A DNA stretch of 64,000 bases from Bacteroidales bacterium (lineage in GTDB: Bacteria; Bacteroidota; Bacteroidia; Bacteroidales; UBA932), in assembly GCA_017450165.1 (NCBI GenBank), contig JAFSWO010000105.1:13131-77130 (forward strand). Reading direction: 5' to 3'. A model generated the notes under the pieces. The model searched no databases and was not told the DNA's origin. It saw only the letters and a list, made by a program, of their open reading frames with translations. Positions 18,890 to 27,926 of the stretch are shown here, one piece after another. The position numbers and the translations under genes are program-made. Each line of letters opens with the position of its first letter. Within the stretch, counting starts at the first letter, position 1.

Positions 18890-19819
18890 ATGACCAACTT
18901 TCTCTCTGTAGTCTGGGACATCAACCCGATTCTTTTCAAGATCGGCCCGCTGGCCATTCGCTGGTATTCTCTGCTCTTCGTCTCCGGTTTCCCGCTGGGT
19001 TGCTGGATGATGAGTAAGTTCTTCAAGCGCGAGGGCGTGGATCCCGCCAAGATCGAACCGCTGCTCTACGCCATGCTGATCGGCGTGATCGTGGGCGCAC
19101 GCCTCGGTCACTGCTGGTTCTACCAGCCGGATTACTTTCTGGCGCCTTTTGTAGCTGCTTTCGGCGGCAAGGTGGACCCGCACATCGCACAACAGGGAAT
19201 GACCAATTGGCAGGCCTTCTGGGAGACCTTCATGCCCTGGAAGGGCGGTCTGGCTTCGCACGGCGGCGCCATCGGTATCCTGCTGGGACTCTGGTGGTAC
19301 ACCCATAAGTACGGCAAGGCCAACCACTTTGACATGCTTTGGATCATTGACCGCCTGGTAATCTGTGTCTGCTTTGCCGGCGCGCTCATCCGTCTGGGCA
19401 ACCTCTTCAACTCGGAGATCTACGGCAACGAGACCAGCCTTCCCTGGGGCTTCATCTTCAAGCGCAACGGCGAGACGGTCCCCAAGCATCCTACGCAGAT
19501 CTACGAAGCCCTCAGCTATATTCTGCTCGGTATCTTTTTGGTTATCATGTATTGGAAGCGGCTGGACAAGTTATATCGCGGCTGGATCTTCGGCGCTTTC
19601 CTGATTGGCTGCTTCGGCATGCGTATCCTGATTGAGTTCATCAAGCAGCCGCAGGTGGAGTTTGAGAAAGGCATGGCACTCAACATGGGTCAGTTACTGA
19701 GCATTCCGTTCGTGCTGGCCGGTATCTTCTTCATTGTCCGGGCCTACATCAAGAAAACGCCGGCCCGGGTCGTCGTCCCTGAACAGGCCAACTATTGTCC
19801 TCCCAAAAAACAGCGATGA
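18890..19819 (+). CDS. lgt: Prolipoprotein diacylglyceryl transferase
   Basis: Motifs IRWYSLLFVSGF, GGLASHGGAIG and HPTQIYEAL are present, and the protein is polytopic. Confidence 0.93.
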   Translation: MTNFLSVVWDINPILFKIGPLAIRWYSLLFVSGFPLGCWMMSKFFKREGVDPAKIEPLLYAMLIGVIVGARLGHCWFYQPDYFLAPFVAAFGGKVDPHIAQQGMTNWQAFWETFMPWKGGLASHGGAIGILLGLWWYTHKYGKANHFDMLWIIDRLVICVCFAGALIRLGNLFNSEIYGNETSLPWGFIFKRNGETVPKHPTQIYEALSYILLGIFLVIMYWKRLDKLYRGWIFGAFLIGCFGMRILIEFIKQPQVEFEKGMALNMGQLLSIPFVLAGIFFIVRAYIKKTPARVVVPEQANYCPPKKQR

Positions 19820-20841
19820 TCCGTTTTGACTGCGTCTATCTCGAAGGCTGCCTGCCCGAGATTCTGGAACGCCTGACGGCCTCCAACCTGGAACAGACGG
19901 TGGGCTATGGCGAAGATGCCCATTGCGCGGCCGCGCGCGGGAAGATTAAGGAAGCGGTTGGCCGGAGCGACGCCGAAGTCCACTTTCTGGTAGGCGGCAC
20001 GCAGACCAACACCACCGTCATCTCCTCCCTCCTGAAACCCTATCAGGGCGTGGTATGCGCCGCAAGCGGTCACATCAACGTCCACGAGACCGGGGCTATC
20101 GAGCACGGCGGCCACAAGGTGCTCGCCCTCCCTGCAACGAGCGGGAAGATTACGGCAGCCCAGGTGGAAGAGACCTTTGCCGGACACCGCGACGATGCCA
20201 ACCACGAGCACATGGTGCAGCCCGGCATGGTCTATATCTCCTATTCCACCGAGTTGGGCACGCTCTACAGCAAGGCCGAGCTTACGGCTATCTCGGAGGT
20301 ATGCCGCCGCTGGCAGCGCCCGCTCTTCATTGACGGCGCGCGACTGGGCTACGGCCTGGCCTCCCCCGCTTCCGACCTTACGCTGAAAGAGGTTGCCGCA
20401 CTGGCAGACGTCTTCTACATTGGCGGCACCAAACAGGGCGCCCTCTTCGGCGAAGCGGTGGTCTTCTGCAATCCGGCGCTGGCCCACGAGTTCCGCTACC
20501 ACATCAAACAGAATGGCGGCATGCTGGCCAAAGGTCGGCTGCTGGGCATCCAGTTCGAGACACTCTTCACGGACGATCTCTACCTGAGGGCTGCCAAACA
20601 CGCGATTGACGAGGCTTTCCGCCTGCGGGACGGCCTCCGCGCCAAGGGCTACGCATTCCTCTGCGACAGCCCCACCAACCAGCAGTTCCCCATTCTGGAA
20701 GACAGCCAGATCGAGGCGCTACGCGCCGACTTCGGATTCGAGTTCTGGCAGCGGATCGACGCGACGCACTCAGCGGTGCGATTCTGCACCAGCTGGGCCA
20801 CCCGGCCTGATGCGGTGGATGCGCTGCTCGCCGCGCTGTAG
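19816..20841 (+). CDS. Threonine aldolase / beta-eliminating lyase family PLP enzyme
   Basis: It contains LVGGTQTN, FIDGARL and GGTKQGALFGE (the PLP lysine). I chose the ATG at 19816, which forms an ATGA overlap with the lgt stop. The track start at 19795 is also possible. Confidence 0.8.
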   Translation: MIRFDCVYLEGCLPEILERLTASNLEQTVGYGEDAHCAAARGKIKEAVGRSDAEVHFLVGGTQTNTTVISSLLKPYQGVVCAASGHINVHETGAIEHGGHKVLALPATSGKITAAQVEETFAGHRDDANHEHMVQPGMVYISYSTELGTLYSKAELTAISEVCRRWQRPLFIDGARLGYGLASPASDLTLKEVAALADVFYIGGTKQGALFGEAVVFCNPALAHEFRYHIKQNGGMLAKGRLLGIQFETLFTDDLYLRAAKHAIDEAFRLRDGLRAKGYAFLCDSPTNQQFPILEDSQIEALRADFGFEFWQRIDATHSAVRFCTSWATRPDAVDALLAAL

Positions 20842-20859
20842 ATTTTCTGTCTCAACGTT

Positions 20860-20888
20860 CATAGTGGTCCAGTCGATGGACCACTATG
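20860..20888. terminator. Stem-loop 1 in the convergent gap, 12-bp perfect stem
   Basis: The sequence is catagtggtcca gtcga tggaccactatg. Confidence 0.6.
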
Positions 20889-20907
20889 TGCATTTACCCC
20901 CAAAAAA

Positions 20908-20944
20908 TGTAGATAGTGGTCCAGGAGCTGGACCACTATCTACA
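20908..20944. terminator. Stem-loop 2 in the convergent gap, 17-bp perfect stem reusing the same core
   Basis: The sequence is tgtagatagtggtccag gag ctggaccactatctaca, preceded by cccccaaaaaa. Confidence 0.6.
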
Positions 20945-20965
20945 TGTAGTGCGAATTCCGCAGGA

Positions 20966-22858
20966 TTATTCCGTAACAATCTTCTGGCATCGGACAAAGC
21001 CGCCGGTTGCACGGTCGCCGTTCGTAGAGTTGGTGACGACATTGCCGCCATTGGTCGTGAATTTCAGTTGGAACACACGACCGTTATACCAGGAGCGCTT
21101 GGTGGTATTACCTGTCACTCCCACATCATTTCGGCACCAGTACCAACCACCGGTGTAATACGAACCGTTGTTGCCGGAGCAGTAGGAACCACGCGGCATG
21201 AAGAGCGGCTGGGTAGCGTCTGCGGTGACATTGAACCAGTATCCTTTCAGATCAGCAAAGTAACCCGCAGCGTCCGTGGTGGAATTGCCATCCCACTCCT
21301 TGATGACGTTGGACTTGAAGTCAATGGTTGCCCAGAACGAAGAGGAGCCACCTTCCGGTACGCGGTAACCTGCCGGGCACGGATCCCAAATGGTCTTTTC
21401 ATCACCAGCCCAAAGATTCTTGGTACCTTCCCACAGCCAGTCACCATACCATTGCTGGTGTTCAGCCAGAGTAGTGTCAAGCGGCTGGATGAATGCAGCG
21501 GGGTGCTGAACGGCATATACCAAAGTTCCGACCTCTGCAGAGGTTTCGATTTTGTTGGTGGAGGCGTTGAAGACAGGGTCCTTGCGGCCGAACTGGAAGC
21601 GGAGGCCCCAGTTCTCCGAGTAAGCGACAACCGTATCCTTCGGGTAAGCGCAGACGGCGCCGATGTTACGGTCCATCAGAATGGTCTTGTTGTCCTTCAG
21701 GGTGATGTCGGCGGGGGTATCGGTAATCCAGATAATCCAGGACCAAAGAACGGTTTCATCCGCATCCTTTGCTTCCAGGATATAGTCACCTTCGTTTTCG
21801 CCTGCCGTCACCTTGCAGAAGTTGGCGTAGTTGTTGATGGTGATTGACGGGTTCTGACCATTGATCTGGGTATAGTAACGGGGTCTGCCGTATCCACCGC
21901 TCTTTACGTGACCGACCAGTTTGCCATCCGGACGGAACGGACCGAGCTCCAAATAGTTGTTCGGCTCAACGATATAGGTGTTGGCCAGTTTAGCCTTCGC
22001 GAAGGTAAAGCGGACCTCCGCAACCGGCATATCCTGAATGGTGCTGCGGATGATGGTGTTCTCAACCACCGTACGGTTCAGGGAGAGATAAGCCGGGGTC
22101 TGGTCGCTCGTCAGGGAGACGGAGAGACCGGCAGCAAAAGCGTTTACAGGAACAACTGCGTAGACGATCGTCGGTGCGGCGGGATCCGCGCTGAGGATGG
22201 TACCTTCGGGCAGCGTCACGGTGATGACCTTGGTGGTGTTGTCTGTGAACTCAAGGACCGGGTCGTTGCCACTGATGGTGACGGTAGCGTTACCTGCCAG
22301 CGGTTCGTTGGCGGCAATCTGGATGAGCTTGATAGGGCGCTCAGCGGTGCCGTAGAGCTGCAGTTTGAGCAGACCCATCACGTTCTTGAATTCGAACGCG
22401 GTGGTTCCGACAGCCACGGCCAGGTTAGCGTTGTTGGGAATATTGCCCACAACACCTTCCTGCACGTCGGGAATCACGACGGGAAGATAGAATGTGCCTT
22501 CTACCTGATCACCGAAAGACTCGGTGTCGAAGAAGCTGGCGGGATAGACAGCTGCTTTGAGTTCATCCGCGATAGCGTCACCTTCAAATGCACCGTTGGT
22601 GGTCTCTTCACCGGCAATGATCGTGTAAGTGACTGCATTTTCAGGGGCGGAAGAGCCGACTACGGCAATCTTGTCGCCTGCGCTCCAAAGCACGAGGTTG
22701 CTCTCATCCAGCGAGGTTCGCGTTGCGCTGACCGGCTGTTCGAGCGATGCTTTGAGGGTAACTTTTTCCACCGGTTTAGCGATGGGTGAATCGATGTCAT
22801 TCTGGCATCCGACGACGGCAAACAGAACTGCGGTCGCGAGAATCAGTACTTTTTTCAT
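20966..22858 (-). CDS. Lipoprotein with a pilin-fold N-terminal region and a FISUMP/DUF1566-like lectin-fold C-terminal domain
   Basis: The start is trimmed to MKKVLILATAVLFAVVGCQ. The N-terminus has LKASLEQPVSATRTSL..WSAGDKIAVV..AAVYPASFF. The C-terminus has MDRNIGA..WGLRFQFGRKDPV..WDPCPAGYRVP..GFVRCQKI. Confidence 0.85.
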   Translation of the reverse strand: MKKVLILATAVLFAVVGCQNDIDSPIAKPVEKVTLKASLEQPVSATRTSLDESNLVLWSAGDKIAVVGSSAPENAVTYTIIAGEETTNGAFEGDAIADELKAAVYPASFFDTESFGDQVEGTFYLPVVIPDVQEGVVGNIPNNANLAVAVGTTAFEFKNVMGLLKLQLYGTAERPIKLIQIAANEPLAGNATVTISGNDPVLEFTDNTTKVITVTLPEGTILSADPAAPTIVYAVVPVNAFAAGLSVSLTSDQTPAYLSLNRTVVENTIIRSTIQDMPVAEVRFTFAKAKLANTYIVEPNNYLELGPFRPDGKLVGHVKSGGYGRPRYYTQINGQNPSITINNYANFCKVTAGENEGDYILEAKDADETVLWSWIIWITDTPADITLKDNKTILMDRNIGAVCAYPKDTVVAYSENWGLRFQFGRKDPVFNASTNKIETSAEVGTLVYAVQHPAAFIQPLDTTLAEHQQWYGDWLWEGTKNLWAGDEKTIWDPCPAGYRVPEGGSSSFWATIDFKSNVIKEWDGNSTTDAAGYFADLKGYWFNVTADATQPLFMPRGSYCSGNNGSYYTGGWYWCRNDVGVTGNTTKRSWYNGRVFQLKFTTNGGNVVTNSTNGDRATGGFVRCQKIVTE

Positions 22859-22875
22859 AGTCTTTCCTCCGATTT

Positions 22876-23010
22876 TTAAGCAGCAGTCCATGCCCCGTTG
22901 TTTACATCGAATCCTTCCGTGGATCCGCTCGAAGCGAGAACGGCATTTTCAGCTTCGGTCAGAACGAGGTCCGTCTGCGGAGCCGTGTAAAAGCGTTTTT
23001 CGAGATTCAT
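22876..23010 (-). CDS. Candidate 44-aa small ORF, either a leader peptide or a small protein, upstream of the FISUMP lipoprotein
   Basis: My hand translation gives MNLEKRFYTAPQTDLVLTEAENAVLASSGSTEGFDVNNGAWTAA*. It is below the ORF-track length cutoff. It sits between a candidate -7 box (23060..23067) and the lipoprotein ATG (22858). Confidence 0.35.
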   Translation of the reverse strand: MNLEKRFYTAPQTDLVLTEAENAVLASSGSTEGFDVNNGAWTAA

Positions 23011-23059
23011 AATACAAATGGGATTATAATAGTATTAACCGTGAATCAATTACGTCCGT

Positions 23060-23067
23060 CAAAAATA
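23060..23067 (-). promoter_or_regulatory. Candidate -7 box (TATTTTTG) for the sORF + FISUMP lipoprotein
   Basis: The plus strand reads caaaaata. It lies 50 nt upstream of the sORF ATG. Confidence 0.4.
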
Positions 23068-23120
23068 ATAGTTTTTTTGCAATTCCAAAAGCGGCTACGG
23101 AATTATTCAATAGAATTTCC

Positions 23121-23128
23121 TATTTTTG
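23121..23128 (+). promoter_or_regulatory. Candidate -7 box (TATTTTTG) for pyrH-frr
   Basis: It lies 21 nt upstream of the pyrH ATG at 23149. Confidence 0.45.
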
Positions 23129-23148
23129 TCTGGCTAAAAACCCGACTT

Positions 23149-23853
23149 ATGAAATACAAACGCATACTCCTCAAACTCAGCGGTGAAACGCTCGGCGGTC
23201 CGGAAGGACGCGGCTTGGATGAGCAGGTGATTGACAACTTTGCCGCACGCATTGCCCGCATCGCGCAAAGCGGCGTGCAGGTGGCCATCGTGGTGGGCGG
23301 CGGCAACATCTTCCGCGGGCTGCAAGGCACCGGCAAGGGATTCGACCGCGTACACGGCGACCAGATGGGCATGCTGGCTACGGTGATCAACAGCAAGGCG
23401 CTGGCCATCTTCATCCGCAACCACGGCGTGCAGGCAGAGGTTTTCACCTCCACCCCGATGCGCCCCATGGCCCGTTATTATATGCGCGACGAGGTGGTGG
23501 AGGTGCTCGAAAAGGGCGGCGTAGCGCTGCTCAGCGGCGGCACCGGCAACCCCTTCTTCACCACGGACAGCGGAGCATCCCTGCGCGCCTGTGAGATCGG
23601 TGCGGATGCCATCCTCAAGGCCACCAAGGTGGACGGCGTCTATGATTGCGACCCCATGAAGAACCCCAATGCCGTGCGCTACGAAACCCTCTCCTTTGAC
23701 AAGGCAATCGCCGATAATCTCAAAGTGATGGACCTCACCGCGTTCGCGATGTGCAAAGAGAACAAGATGCCCATCGTGGTCTTCAACATCAACCGCGAAG
23801 GGGAACTGGAGCGTGCGGCTGCCGGCGAAAAGGCCGGCACCCTGGTTTGCTAA
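23149..23853 (+). CDS. pyrH: UMP kinase
   Basis: It reads MKYKRILLKLSGE..VVGGGNIFRG..ATKVDGVYDCDP. The start is trimmed from the longer track ORF. Confidence 0.96.
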   Translation: MKYKRILLKLSGETLGGPEGRGLDEQVIDNFAARIARIAQSGVQVAIVVGGGNIFRGLQGTGKGFDRVHGDQMGMLATVINSKALAIFIRNHGVQAEVFTSTPMRPMARYYMRDEVVEVLEKGGVALLSGGTGNPFFTTDSGASLRACEIGADAILKATKVDGVYDCDPMKNPNAVRYETLSFDKAIADNLKVMDLTAFAMCKENKMPIVVFNINREGELERAAAGEKAGTLVC

Positions 23854-23871
23854 CGAATAAAACGAAATACC

Positions 23872-24435
23872 ATGATTGAAAAAGCCCAGCAAACGGTTGC
23901 TTCCGCTGAAGAAAAGATGGAAGAAACCATTCTCTATCTGGATGAGAGCCTGAAGAATTACCGCGCCGGCAAGGCAAATACCTCCGTGTTCAACCCTGTG
24001 CTCGTCTCCTACTACGGCACGATGACCCCGCTGCCCCAGATGTCCAGCATCACGGCGCCGGATGCCAAGACCATCCTGATCCAGCCGTGGGACAAGAGCC
24101 AGATCCGCGCCATTGAGAAGGCCATCCTGGACGCCAACCTCGGTTTCACCCCGCAGAACAACGGCGAAACCATCCGCATCAATATTCCGGTCCTGACCGA
24201 GGAACGCCGCGCCGAACTGGTCAAAAAGGCCCGCACGGAAGGCGAACAGTCCAAAGTCTCCATCCGCAACACCCGCCGCGAAGCCATCGAAGCCCTCAAG
24301 AAGATGGTGAAGGAAGGTCTCCCCGAGGACGTGGAGAAAGACGACGAAGACGCCGTCCAGAAGCTTACCGACACCTATACCAAAAAGATTGACGAACTTC
24401 TCGCCGCCAAAGAGAAGGAAATTATGACGGTGTAG
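23872..24435 (+). CDS. frr: Ribosome recycling factor
   Basis: It is 187 aa and contains NYRAGKANTSVF..IQPWDKS..IRINIPVLTEERR..IRNTRREA. Confidence 0.96.
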   Translation: MIEKAQQTVASAEEKMEETILYLDESLKNYRAGKANTSVFNPVLVSYYGTMTPLPQMSSITAPDAKTILIQPWDKSQIRAIEKAILDANLGFTPQNNGETIRINIPVLTEERRAELVKKARTEGEQSKVSIRNTRREAIEALKKMVKEGLPEDVEKDDEDAVQKLTDTYTKKIDELLAAKEKEIMTV

Positions 24436-24463
24436 GCAGTCGGCGGTTACTTGTGGCGAAAAA

Positions 24464-24500
24464 GAAGAAGTGCTGCCCCGGGATGGGGTAGCACTTCTTT
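24464..24500. terminator. Intrinsic terminator hairpin shared by the convergent frr and pilus-operon ends
   Basis: The sequence is gaagtgctgcccc ggga-t ggggtagcacttc followed by ttt. It lies in a 79-nt convergent gap. Confidence 0.7.
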
Positions 24501-24514
24501 AAATATTCAGAAGA

Positions 24515-27500
24515 TTAGTTATCATCTGCAAGATAAACGACGATAGAAGCGATACGAGTATCGCGATTGTTGCGTTTTGTTGTTCTTAGTGTTACGCTGG
24601 TTGTTGAATTATTACCAGCTGTCCAGGTGCCAACCGTACCGCTTCGATTATAGGAACCGCCACCACTTCGGACAGTAACACTCTCAGCGTAATAATTAGC
24701 CCCCGAGTAATTAATCTCAATTTTTGTAACATGACAGTCTGCCGGAGCGGTTACTGTAATGTCTGTATTATTAGGCGCTGTTGTATAAGTACCTCCAAAT
24801 GTAGGGGTGGTATTACTAAACGCCACGGTAACGCCATCTGCAGTCGTGTACGAGCGGTTGTTATTAGAATAATTGGCGCTTGTTGTGGCAACAGATATAC
24901 TAGACGGCGATCTATTGATTGTCACATCCGCAGCGTCATAATCATCGGCAGAAAGATAAACGGTGCACGGTGAGAATCTGTATGTCGTTTTTAAGGCGAT
25001 TGTATAAGTGCGCTGCGTAAGGTCAGTAGGTGTTAAAGTGTACGTGACACCATCGCTATTGAGGCTTAACAGGGCATTATCGCCGGTGTTTCCATCCGGA
25101 GTCAAACCTTCGAACCTAAGTCTTGCCGGTTCAACAACCCCATCCGCATACGTAAAGTGGAAAGAAAGGGTTCTATTCAGGCCGGTGTTGATATAGGTTC
25201 CGCTGAATCCAACATTCGAAAATTGAGCACCTTGAATGGTAATTATATTAGACTGGGCCTGTGCATAGAGCAACGGGTTCTCCGTGATATTCGCCGTAGA
25301 GAGGGTTACGGAAGCTGCGGTACCAACAACACCGGTTGCTGTGAGCGCAAGTTCAACGGCATTCGCAAAGCCATGGGTCAGGTTTGCATCAGGGATATAA
25401 TAGAGATAGGTGTTTCCACTTGAGTGTTGCAGGCCTGAAGTAACCGGAGTCTCACCGTCTGCGTAATACTGTGGCGTAAAGCCATTGAGTATCACTGTCA
25501 TAACCTGAGGAATCACACGATTGTTCGGATCCAGGCCGTTCTCCCGAGCTGTCGCGGCATCTGCGCTCAAACCCTTATCGTTCGTAGGATCCCACCAGAA
25601 AATGGAATTGCTTCTGTGGTCATAGTCCATCCGGAAGGTCAGGGTCACGTTTCCATGACGAGAAACCGTTGTCGGAGACCATTGCTGGGTCGGGAACGTG
25701 AAGAGACGCTGCGTATAGTTGTAGAAATCGTCATGGGCCATCGCATCGCTGAAATACTTGTTGTGTACGTACACGGTGCAGGCATTATTGGAAACGGTGG
25801 TCTTAAAATAGCAGTCAACATACTTCCATACGGTACCATTCTTCGTTACGGTCCCCAGTCCATCATATTCCGACTGGGTTACCGTCTTGATAAAATAGAA
25901 CGCAGGGGTTTCAACGCCGGGTACCGTCGAGGAACCATAAGTTACAGGCAGCACGTCTCCATCCGGGGTCAGACTGTAGCCGTCCGGTTCGATGGTAAAT
26001 TCCAGCGGGAAGACGGAGCGGGAAAGGCCTCGGGGAATGAGGATTCGAACAACCTCTTGTTCACCAGCACTCTGTGCAACATATTTCTGACGACAGGTTA
26101 CTTCCATTGATTGACGAGGAGAAGTTCTGATAATCACATTTCGGCTAAGTGTATTTCCATTATAAGTACCTTCCACATGGATCGTCTGCGTACGAGCCTC
26201 CGTAAAGAATCTGTCACCATCTATATAGGATTCACTCAACTCGTACATGATCTTACCCCATTTTTCAATCGTTGTATCCGCAACTTGTGCTTGCGTTGCA
26301 GGAACCCAGTTGTTCTGTTGACGGACATACGAGATTGCATTGCCACTACCGTCCTTATCTATCCATACATGGCACGTATCAGCGACCGTCTTGAAGGCCA
26401 GAATACCCTGGCTTGCCGCCTGTGCCGCCGTCAACTCCGTGAAAACGCCAGATGACTCATCCAAAGAACCCACTTTGACGATTACACGCTCATTGGCCTC
26501 CTGATTGGCATTATAGACCGTATCCTGCACATTGGTAGGAATATACCGGAACATGACGGAATCCAATTGCGGCTGTACGTAGAATTTCTCCGTGAAAGAG
26601 GTACCGATACTCGACTTACCATCGGAGATGCTGATCAGGCTCTGGAAGTTCGGGTCGCCCGTTACGGAAGCCGAGGTGGCCTTTGATGCCTTATTGATAT
26701 CCGACTCACCGGTACCTGCCTCAATATTCAACAGGTGTACTGTATAGGACTGGTTGCGGAGCAGCGGAATTGCCACGCCTTCCGTGTTGACGATATCCAA
26801 AGCGTAGTATTTTTCCGGTTCGGGATCTCCGTCATAATCATGTCTAATTGCTTTGATAATCAATCTGGTAGCACGTCGTGCCGCGGAAGGCATAGTTCGC
26901 TCGTACACAAAGAGGACATTATTTTCCGGATTCGAGCTATCCCAGTCCTGGAGATCTGCATCTCCCGGAACACCCACATCGGCATTGCCGGGGTAATAAT
27001 TATATGCCTGATTCGAGGGAGAATAACCACCATAATAAAACGGAGCTCCCGTCACAAGCGTATCGCTTTGATTCACCCGAACCAGAGGATAACGCTGGTA
27101 GTTCATCAGAAAATTCTCAAAGTAGAGCGGCGAAGTCGTATCCTCATCGCCCGGCTCTATAATGGGGTTGCCTGCTGCGTCGGTTGAGAAGGGAGCGGAC
27201 AGAATCGGTGCCACAACACCCTCCGACGGGGCATATGCCAAACCAAATTTACTGATTGTCACCAACTGGTGGTTCTTCTCCGGTTCATTTTGATACTCAA
27301 ATAATTGCGTCAGGTTACGCAGGTATACGCGGGCAAAGTTGCGCACCAGGATGATGGGGTCAGGGAACTGCCTCATTGTAGCTTCCGTTGCCACATAATC
27401 GTTCCCCACCTTGTTGACGCGGACGCCATTGGGCAGAATCACTTTCTGCCAGTAAGCATCGTTGTACTCTTCGGAGCGCTGGGAACGGATTCGGGACATC

Positions 27501-27922
27501 ACATACTCTTCCGTATCCTGGCTACCGGAAATAGGCGGACTGGTACGGACCGCCGTCGGACAGTTTGCAATGAAGTGCAGACGCAGGCGGCTGTCGCTGA
27601 TGGAGAGTTTGGCCTCGAGCGCATACACCGTTGCATTGGTACCGTCGTAATGAGCCGGAGTCGTCTCCGTTACCGTTGCCCGCACCCACTCGTTGAAGTA
27701 ACCGCTACCACCGAATACAGCAATATAGAAACCGGTTGTATCGATGGTTGGATCGTTGCCCATTACACGGGTTGCTCCTGCATCTGAGGGAATCGCCACC
27801 TTGAAAGAGAGGGTTACGCGCTCGGTATCCTTTTCCAAATCGGGGGTAGGGAACGGATCAATCCCGTGGCAGCCCGTCAAGAGCGCCAACGCTACAAACA
27901 ATATGTATCCAAATCTTTTCAT
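24515..27922 (-). CDS. Giant pilin-like lipoprotein (1135 aa), candidate pilus tip/adhesin
   Basis: Lipobox LLTGCHG. It has an N-terminal strand plus Arg site, LSFKVAIPSDAGATR. It is the last gene of the pilus operon, 4 nt after the preceding gene. Confidence 0.8.
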   Translation of the reverse strand: MKRFGYILFVALALLTGCHGIDPFPTPDLEKDTERVTLSFKVAIPSDAGATRVMGNDPTIDTTGFYIAVFGGSGYFNEWVRATVTETTPAHYDGTNATVYALEAKLSISDSRLRLHFIANCPTAVRTSPPISGSQDTEEYVMSRIRSQRSEEYNDAYWQKVILPNGVRVNKVGNDYVATEATMRQFPDPIILVRNFARVYLRNLTQLFEYQNEPEKNHQLVTISKFGLAYAPSEGVVAPILSAPFSTDAAGNPIIEPGDEDTTSPLYFENFLMNYQRYPLVRVNQSDTLVTGAPFYYGGYSPSNQAYNYYPGNADVGVPGDADLQDWDSSNPENNVLFVYERTMPSAARRATRLIIKAIRHDYDGDPEPEKYYALDIVNTEGVAIPLLRNQSYTVHLLNIEAGTGESDINKASKATSASVTGDPNFQSLISISDGKSSIGTSFTEKFYVQPQLDSVMFRYIPTNVQDTVYNANQEANERVIVKVGSLDESSGVFTELTAAQAASQGILAFKTVADTCHVWIDKDGSGNAISYVRQQNNWVPATQAQVADTTIEKWGKIMYELSESYIDGDRFFTEARTQTIHVEGTYNGNTLSRNVIIRTSPRQSMEVTCRQKYVAQSAGEQEVVRILIPRGLSRSVFPLEFTIEPDGYSLTPDGDVLPVTYGSSTVPGVETPAFYFIKTVTQSEYDGLGTVTKNGTVWKYVDCYFKTTVSNNACTVYVHNKYFSDAMAHDDFYNYTQRLFTFPTQQWSPTTVSRHGNVTLTFRMDYDHRSNSIFWWDPTNDKGLSADAATARENGLDPNNRVIPQVMTVILNGFTPQYYADGETPVTSGLQHSSGNTYLYYIPDANLTHGFANAVELALTATGVVGTAASVTLSTANITENPLLYAQAQSNIITIQGAQFSNVGFSGTYINTGLNRTLSFHFTYADGVVEPARLRFEGLTPDGNTGDNALLSLNSDGVTYTLTPTDLTQRTYTIALKTTYRFSPCTVYLSADDYDAADVTINRSPSSISVATTSANYSNNNRSYTTADGVTVAFSNTTPTFGGTYTTAPNNTDITVTAPADCHVTKIEINYSGANYYAESVTVRSGGGSYNRSGTVGTWTAGNNSTTSVTLRTTKRNNRDTRIASIVVYLADDN

Positions 27923-27926
27923 GGCG

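Noticed and set aside
20860-21200. A diversity-generating retroelement targeting the FISUMP/DUF1566-like C-terminus. The idea came from the lectin-fold target class, the Asn/Thr/Gly-rich C-terminal 60 aa and the hairpins just downstream of the stop.
   Set aside because: The window contains no reverse transcriptase gene, and I saw no second template-repeat copy of the 3' coding region in it. The hairpins are adequately explained as terminators. The question could be reopened only if an RT or template repeat exists elsewhere in the genome.
20606-21847. Long antisense ORFs in the track: 20606..21847 (+), 60677..62986 (+), 56110..57543 (-), 54955..56037 (-), 53426..54433 (-), 17866..18582 (-), 19792..20601 (-), 23134..23892 (-), 33012..34055 (+), 30868..31902 (+), 28812..29753 (+) and 3231..4397 (+).
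   Set aside because: Each lies opposite a gene with clear family motifs (FISUMP lipoprotein, RND pump, holB, U32, TPR, methyltransferase, aldolase, pyrH, pilins, beta-lactamase-fold). Their translations are low-complexity Arg/Gly/Ala/His-rich strings, typical of the reverse strand of GC-rich coding DNA. None has a signal peptide or a recognisable motif.
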